Part shown: positions 57,894-64,000 of the stretch, in pieces | Numbering within the stretch: the stretch's first letter is position 1 | How the letters are laid out: the number at the start of each line of letters is the position of its first letter | Assembly: GCA_001643675.2 (NCBI GenBank) | Contig: LSRY02000077.1 | Span: forward strand, 34,983 to 98,982 | Reading direction: 5' to 3' | Length of the DNA: 64,000 nt | Origin: Monocercomonoides exilis PA203 | Taxonomy: Eukaryota; Protista; Preaxostyla | Program-made: the position numbers and the translations under genes | Notes under the pieces: generated by a model | Told to the model about the DNA's origin: nothing | The model's database searches: none | The model's input: the letters and a program-made list of their open reading frames with translations, nothing else

Positions 57894-58838
57894 ATGTCAC
57901 AAATTGAAAACTTCAGAAGCAGAGCATATTGTTTCACGTTAAACAATTATACAAACGATGAATTTGAACACATAAAGCACATAGACTGCAGATATTTAGT
58001 TGTTGGCGAAGAAGTAGGCGCAATGGGTACACCGCATTTACAAGGTTACGTTCATTTTAAAAATCAGAAGTCCTTTCATACCGTAAAGCTAATGATAAGC
58101 GAAAGGTGTCACTTAGAAGCTGCCAAGGGATCCCCAGATGACAATCGGAAGTATTGCACCAAAGAAAATAAATTCTTTGAAAAAGGAGAGTTACCACAGC
58201 AAGGTAAACGTTCAGATATTGATAAAGCAATATCAATGATTCAAGAAGGAAAATCAATCACAGAAGTGGCCAAGGAAATGCCAAAGCAAATCGTACTGCA
58301 CGGAAAAGGATTATCTCACTTAGCTAACATTCTACATGAAGAGCAGCAAGGAGACAGGACAGAAAGAAGGGAAAATTACTGGCTGTGGGGAAAAACAGGC
58401 TCAGGAAAAACTACTTACGTTAAAAATAAAGCAAAAGAATTGAAGGAATCATTAGGTTGGAGATGCTACTATTGGCCTGTATCTCCTGGGTTTTTCACTA
58501 ACTACACTAATCAAGAAATCGCTGTATTCGACGACTTCGACCCCCATACCATGGACTTTAAAATGTTCTTAAAGATTACAGATCCTTGGTGTAATCCAGC
58601 TATAAACACCAAAGGAGATTCTGGTACTTTTACTTCAAACTTAGTTTTCTTCACCGCTACAGAACCCGCAGAAACAATATTAAAGGGATGCGTAGACACA
58701 GATGACCAAATGGGTCAGGTTTCTAGAAGAATTAAAAATATTCATGTTCCTAACGATTTACAAGAACCTAACCTAGACGATGAAACAGCACCTACTCAAC
58801 CCGATAACGAATATGACCCTTTTATTAATCAACTTTAA
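57894..58838 (+). CDS. rep: Rep, copy 10
   Basis: Identical to copy 2. Confidence 0.97.
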   Translation: MSQIENFRSRAYCFTLNNYTNDEFEHIKHIDCRYLVVGEEVGAMGTPHLQGYVHFKNQKSFHTVKLMISERCHLEAAKGSPDDNRKYCTKENKFFEKGELPQQGKRSDIDKAISMIQEGKSITEVAKEMPKQIVLHGKGLSHLANILHEEQQGDRTERRENYWLWGKTGSGKTTYVKNKAKELKESLGWRCYYWPVSPGFFTNYTNQEIAVFDDFDPHTMDFKMFLKITDPWCNPAINTKGDSGTFTSNLVFFTATEPAETILKGCVDTDDQMGQVSRRIKNIHVPNDLQEPNLDDETAPTQPDNEYDPFINQL

Positions 58839-58937
58839 TTTTAAATTTTTATTTTAACTTCACTTTTAATATTTAATTCCCAATAGGGTGCAAAAATGCG
58901 TGAATTGATTTTTTATAATAATAATAAAAAAAAAATA

Positions 58938-60134
58938 TTAATTATCATCATGTAAAATAGTAAAAGAAGAGGAGGGCCCAGGAGTAGAACCGGTAGCGCT
59001 ACTTCCACCACGTGGTTCATTTCCGATTCCACCACTGACCTCCTCAGATTCCTTAACAATAGCATTAGGTCTAGTTCCCTGACTAGTAAAAATTGTTCCC
59101 ACAGGTTCATATACACCAGTTTGTATATCTTCTAAAGGCATTCCATTAACATACCTAAAGTAATTAACTTGATCATATTTATAACTTAATGTACATTGAG
59201 CTGACTGAGATGCACTTTCAAATAAATCATGAAATTTATCCTCAGCTCCAAATCCTCCTAAAATATAAATTGTATAATACCACCTATTTGGCTCCGTTTC
59301 TTGAGTCCATAACGTCTTCATATTTGGATATATATTAAAATGAAATTGAGTTACCCAATTAGTATCAGCACTTATTCTAAGTAACTTATCCATAAATAAT
59401 TGCGCATTAAGGTTAGCCAACCAAGTCCTTTTAAATCCTTTAACATAACCTGATGTTAAAAGATAGGGTCTCTTAAACATAGACCATACATTATTTCCCA
59501 AATCTAAATTTGAACCCCACTTCCTAAATATTATAACTCTAGCATAAGCATGTGACCACTTATTCATATCTTCATCAACATTAAATGGTGATACATTAAA
59601 AATAAAATTATAACTTATTTTATATAAATTATAATTAGACTTCATATGTTGCACCAAACTAGGCATAGTACCATTAATATTAATATATGTAATAGAACCA
59701 GAAGGATAATTTAAACTACCACCTGAACTCATTGTCATATTATACATATAAATCACTCCAGTTGCACCTTGTGTAGATCGATAGTCTATTGGTCTATTCT
59801 TATACAACCAATTAAAATATCTACGTTTCCTTATTCTATATCTCCTACGTAATCTTCTACGTAAACGCCTTCCTCTTCTTCTCCTACGTCTTATTTTTAT
59901 ACCCGTTCCAGTTTGCTTTACCTGTTTCCAATTGGGAACTCTACCTTGTCCTGCTTTTCTTATAGTACTATATAACTTACGTCGATTATGCCATTGCCAT
60001 AAAGCTGTGGCTGCTCCTCTAATTAACCCTGACCCCCCTGCATATTTCACTAACCTAGCTGCAGGTCTAGCAATATTAGTAACATTTCTAGCTAAAGTAG
60101 CTGCTGTTGATGAATATGGCAATATAGCTGCCAT
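58938..60134 (-). CDS. cap: Putative capsid protein, copy 10
   Basis: Identical translation. Confidence 0.85.
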   Translation of the reverse strand: MAAILPYSSTAATLARNVTNIARPAARLVKYAGGSGLIRGAATALWQWHNRRKLYSTIRKAGQGRVPNWKQVKQTGTGIKIRRRRRRGRRLRRRLRRRYRIRKRRYFNWLYKNRPIDYRSTQGATGVIYMYNMTMSSGGSLNYPSGSITYININGTMPSLVQHMKSNYNLYKISYNFIFNVSPFNVDEDMNKWSHAYARVIIFRKWGSNLDLGNNVWSMFKRPYLLTSGYVKGFKRTWLANLNAQLFMDKLLRISADTNWVTQFHFNIYPNMKTLWTQETEPNRWYYTIYILGGFGAEDKFHDLFESASQSAQCTLSYKYDQVNYFRYVNGMPLEDIQTGVYEPVGTIFTSQGTRPNAIVKESEEVSGGIGNEPRGGSSATGSTPGPSSSFTILHDDN

Positions 60135-60189
60135 AAAAAATGACGTGGAAAAAAAGGAATTTTATGATCAAAAATGAGACATATAAAAT

Positions 60190-60600
60190 TTAATTATGGT
60201 ACACTATTTCTGGAACATAAACCCTAGTATCCCAAATACCATTAAATAACATATATATTCGATGATGTTCCTTAAAAGCTGCATCAAATAACGGTTTAAC
60301 CCTTTTATAAACCATCTTAAACAAAGCTTGCCTCCTTCTATGAGCACTACCTACTCTTCTCAAAGCACGCGGCCTTTTCCTATTTCTAATAGTTAATATT
60401 CTCCACAATACATTAAATTCTTCAAGACATTTAGCTACAACTTCATTACATCGTTCCATATACCAATCGATATTCTCCATTTGCATCTTCCACGCACGCG
60501 TCCAACGAGGTGCCCACATAACATCTACATCTTCAATAAATGCCTTCCGAGAAAGTGGAATATCACCTAACCAATCATCATTATCGATATTAAACGCCAT
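60190..60600 (-). CDS. Viral ORF3, copy 10
   Basis: Identical translation. Confidence 0.8.
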   Translation of the reverse strand: MAFNIDNDDWLGDIPLSRKAFIEDVDVMWAPRWTRAWKMQMENIDWYMERCNEVVAKCLEEFNVLWRILTIRNRKRPRALRRVGSAHRRRQALFKMVYKRVKPLFDAAFKEHHRIYMLFNGIWDTRVYVPEIVYHN

Positions 60601-60750
60601 ATATAATATTTTTTGATCTGACCCTTAATAATTTCCGACCTCTCAGAAGTCTCAGAAGTTGCCGATAGGTAATACTAAACTATCGGCAACTAATTATGGG
60701 TTCGGAAAAATTTTTGATCTGACCCATAAAATAATATTTAATTTACCTGA

Positions 60751-61512
60751 ATGTCACAAATTGAAAACTTCAGAAGCAGAGCATATTGTTTCACGTTAAA
60801 CAATTATACAAACGATGAATTTGAACACATAAAGCACATAGACTGCAGATATTTAGTTGTTGGCGAAGAAGTAGGCGCAATGGGTACACCGCATTTACAA
60901 GGTTACGTTCATTTTAAAAATCAGAAGTCCTTTCATACCGTAAAGCTAATGATAAGCGAAAGGTGTCACTTAGAAGCTGCCAAGGGATCCCCAGATGACA
61001 ATCGGAAGTATTGCACCAAAGAAAATAAATTCTTTGAAAAAGGAGAGTTACCACAGCAAGGTAAACGTTCAGATATTGATAAAGCAATATCAATGATTCA
61101 AGAAGGAAAATCAATCACAGAAGTGGCCAAGGAAATGCCAAAGCAAATCGTACTGCACGGAAAAGGATTATCTCACTTAGCTAACATTCTACATGAAGAG
61201 CAGCAAGGAGACAGGACAGAAAGAAGGGAAAATTACTGGCTGTGGGGAAAAACAGGCTCAGGAAAAACTACTTACGTTAAAAATAAAGCAAAAGAATTGA
61301 AGGAATCATTAGGTTGGAGATGCTACTATTGGCCTGTATCTCCTGGGTTTTTCACTAACTACACTAATCAAGAAATCGCTGTATTCGACGACTTCGACCC
61401 CCATACCATGGACTTTAAAATGTTCTTAAAGATTACAGATCCTTGGTGTAATCCAGCTATAAACACCAAAGGAGATTCTGGTACTTTTACTTCAAACTTA
61501 GTTTTAGGTTAG
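60751..61512 (+). pseudogene. rep: Rep, copy 11, truncated at helicase motif C by telomere addition
   Basis: Matches Rep to 61505 (…FTSNLV), then reads LG* from telomeric repeats. Confidence 0.92.
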
Positions 61513-64000
61513 GTTAGGTTAGGGTTAGGGTTAGGTTAGGTTAGGGTTAGGTTAGGGTTAGGGTTAGGGTTAGGGTTAGGGTTAGGGTTAGGTTAGGGTT
61601 AGGTTAGGGTTAGGTTAGGGTTAGGGTTAGGGTTAGGGTTAGGTTAGGGTTAGGGTTAGGTTAGGGTTAGGGTTAGGGTTAGGGTTAGGGTTAGGTTAGG
61701 GTTAGGGTTAGGGTTAGGTTAGGGTTAGGGTTAGGGTTAGGGTTAGGGTTAGGGTTAGGGTTAGGGTTAGGGTTAGGGTTAGGGTTAGGGTTAGGGTTAG
61801 GGTTAGGGTTAGGGTTAGGGTTAGGGTTAGGGTTAGGGTTAGGGTTAGGGTTAGGGTTAGGGTTAGGGTTAGGGTTAGGGTTAGGGTTAGGGTTAGGGTT
61901 AGGGTTAGGGTTAGGGTTAGGGTTAGGGGTTAGGGTTAGGGGTTAGGGTTAGGGTTAGGGTTAGGGTTAGGGTTAGGGTTAGGGTTAGGGTTAGGGTTAG
62001 GGTTAGGGTTAGGGTTAGGGTTAGGGTTAGGGTTAGGGTTAGGGTTAGGGTTAGGGTTAGGGTTAGGGTTAGGGTTAGGGTTAGGGTTAGGGTTAGGGTT
62101 AGGGTTAGGGTTAGGGTTAGGGTTAGGGTTAGGGTTAGGGTTAGGGTTAGGGTTAGGGTTAGGGTTAGGGTTAGGGTTAGGGTTAGGGTTAGGGTTAGGG
62201 TTAGGTTAGGGTTAGGGTTAGGGTTAGGGTTAGGGGTTAGGGTTAGGGTTAGGGTTAGGGTTAGGGTTAGGGTTAGGGTTAGGGTTAGGGTTAGGGTTAG
62301 GGTTAGGGTTAGGGTTAGGGTTAGGGTTAGGGTTAGGGTTAGGGTTAGGGTTAGGGTTAGGGTTAGGGTTAGGGTTAGGGTTAGGTTAGGGTTAGGGTTA
62401 GGGTTAGGGTTAGGTTAGGGTTAGGGTTAGGGTTAGGGTTAGGGTTAGGGTTAGGGTTAGGGTTAGGGTTAGGGTTAGGGTTAGGGTTAGGGTTAGGTTA
62501 GGGTTAGGGTTAGGGTTAGGGTTAGGGTTAGGTTAGGGTTAGGGTTAGGGTTAGGGGTTAGGGTTAGGGTTAGGGTTAGGGTTAGGGTTAGGTTAGGGTT
62601 AGGGTTAGGGTTAGGGTTAGGGTTAGGGTTAGGGTTAGGGTTAGGTTAGGGTTAGGGTTAGGGTTAGGGTTAGGGTTAGGGTTAGGGTTAGGGTTAGGGG
62701 TTAGGGTTAGGTTAGGTTAGGGTTAGGTTAGGTTAGGGTTAGGGTTAGGGTTAGGGTTAGGGTTAGGGTTAGGGTTAGGGTTAGGGTTAGGGTTAGGGTT
62801 AGGGTTAGGGTTAGGGTTAGGGTTAGGGTTAGGGTTAGGGGTTAGGGTTAGGGTTAGGGTTAGGGTTAGGGTTAGGGTTAGGGTTAGGGTTAGGTTAGGG
62901 TTAGGGTTAGGGTTAGGGTTAGGGTTAGGGTTAGGGGTTAGGGTTAGGGTTAGGTTAGGGTTAGGGTTAGGGTTAGGGTTAGGGTTAGGGTTAGGGTTAG
63001 GGTTAGGGTTAGGGGTTAGGGTTAGGGTTAGGGGTTAGGGTTAGGGTTAGGGTTAGGGTTAGGGTTAGGGGTTAGGGTTAGGGTTAGGTTAGGGGTTAGG
63101 GTTAGGGTTAGGGTTAGGGTTAGGGGTTAGGGTTAGGGTTAGGGTTAGGGTTAGGGTTAGGGTTAGGGTTAGGGTTAGGTTAGGGTTAGGGTTAGGGTTA
63201 GGGGTTAGGGTTAGGGTTAGGGTTAGGGTTAGGGTTAGGGTTAGGGTTAGGGTTAGGGTTAGGGTTAGGGTTAGGGTTAGGGTTAGGGTTAGGGGTTAGG
63301 GTTAGGGTTAGGGTTAGGGTTAGGGTTAGGGTTAGGGTTAGGGTTAGGGTTAGGGTTAGGGTTAGGGTTAGGGTTAGGGTTAGGGTTAGGGTTAGGGTTA
63401 GGGTTAGGGTTAGGGTTAGGGTTAGGGTTAGGGTTAGGGTTAGGGTTAGGGTTAGGGTTAGGGTTAGGGTTAGGGTTAGGGTTAGGGTTAGGGTTAGGGT
63501 TAGGGTTAGGGTTAGGGTTAGGGTTAGGGTTAGGGTTAGGGGTTAGGGTTAGGGTTAGGGTTAGGGTTAGGGTTAGGGTTAGGGTTAGGGTTAGGGTTAG
63601 GGTTAGGGTTAGGGTTAGGGTTAGGGTTAGGGTTAGGGTTAGGGTTAGGGTTAGGGTTAGGGTTAGGGTTAGGGTTAGGGTTAGGGTTAGGGGTTAGGGT
63701 TAGGGGTTAGGGTTAGGGTTAGGGTTAGGGTTAGGGTTAGGGTTAGGTTAGGGTTAGGTTAGGGTTAGGGTTAGGGTTAGGGTTAGGGTTAGGGGTTAGG
63801 GTTAGGGTTAGGGTTAGGGTTGGGGTTAGGGTTAGGGTTAGGGTTAGGGTTAGGGTTAGGGTTAGGGTTAGGGGTTAGGGGTTAGGGGTTAGGGTTAGGT
63901 TAGGTTAGGGTTAGGGTTAGGTTAGGGTTAGGGTTAGGTTAGGGTTAGGGTTAGGGTTAGGGTTAGGGTTAGGGTTAGGGTTAGGTTAGGGTTAGGTTAG
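61504..64000 (+). repeat. Telomeric repeat tract (TTAGGG)n with TTAGG/TTAGGGG variants
   Basis: About 2.5 kb of TTAGGG running to the window end, with the G-rich strand pointing outward as expected for a right chromosome end. Confidence 0.98.

Larger units (their letters stand above)
32073..61505. mobile_element. Endogenous CRESS DNA virus (Cressdnaviricota), head-to-tail array of 10 complete ~2,855-bp genomes plus a partial 11th
   Basis: Origin stems start at 32105, 34959, 37817, 40672, 43526, 46381, 49235, 52091, 54945, 57800 and 60657 (period 2854-2858). Each unit is ori, Rep(+), Cap(-), ORF3(-). Apart from two frameshifted Rep copies, translated proteins are identical between units. Confidence 0.97.

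Noticed and set aside
32073-61505. Helitron, telomeric retrotransposon, rDNA or bacterial plasmid array
   Set aside because: There is no RT, PIF1 helicase or rRNA sequence. HUH+SF3 Rep, an Arg-arm capsid and a TAGTATTAC stem-loop indicate a CRESS virus.

Overview
This is the right-hand end of a chromosome from an AT-rich, intron-containing protist. It uses the standard genetic code, has short GT-AG introns and TTAGGG telomeres, and its gene families resemble the oxymonad Monocercomonoides (host identity is inferred). Bases 1-31.6 kb are host DNA: a Ser/Gln/Pro-rich gene, a DUF4598/NOPCHAP1-like gene, a NAK (AAK1/Ark1-like) kinase, a MITE-like inverted repeat, an intronless 3,873-aa type I membrane protein, an intact and a decayed member of a lineage-expanded family, and low-complexity gene debris. 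From ~32.07 to 61.5 kb lies a head-to-tail array of ~10.3 near-identical, apparently intact ~2,855-bp CRESS (circular Rep-encoding ssDNA) virus genomes. Each unit has an HUH/SF3 Rep (+), an Arg-arm capsid (-), a 136-aa ORF3 (-) and a stem-loop origin with TAGTATTAC on the minus strand. On the left, the array starts at a variant origin attached to a different, distantly related ORF3, which suggests a second virus. On the right, the last Rep is cut mid-gene and joined directly to ~2.5 kb of telomeric repeats. The main candidate system is a telomere-capped, potentially releasable proviral concatemer of a ssDNA virus forming the subtelomere of a protist chromosome.
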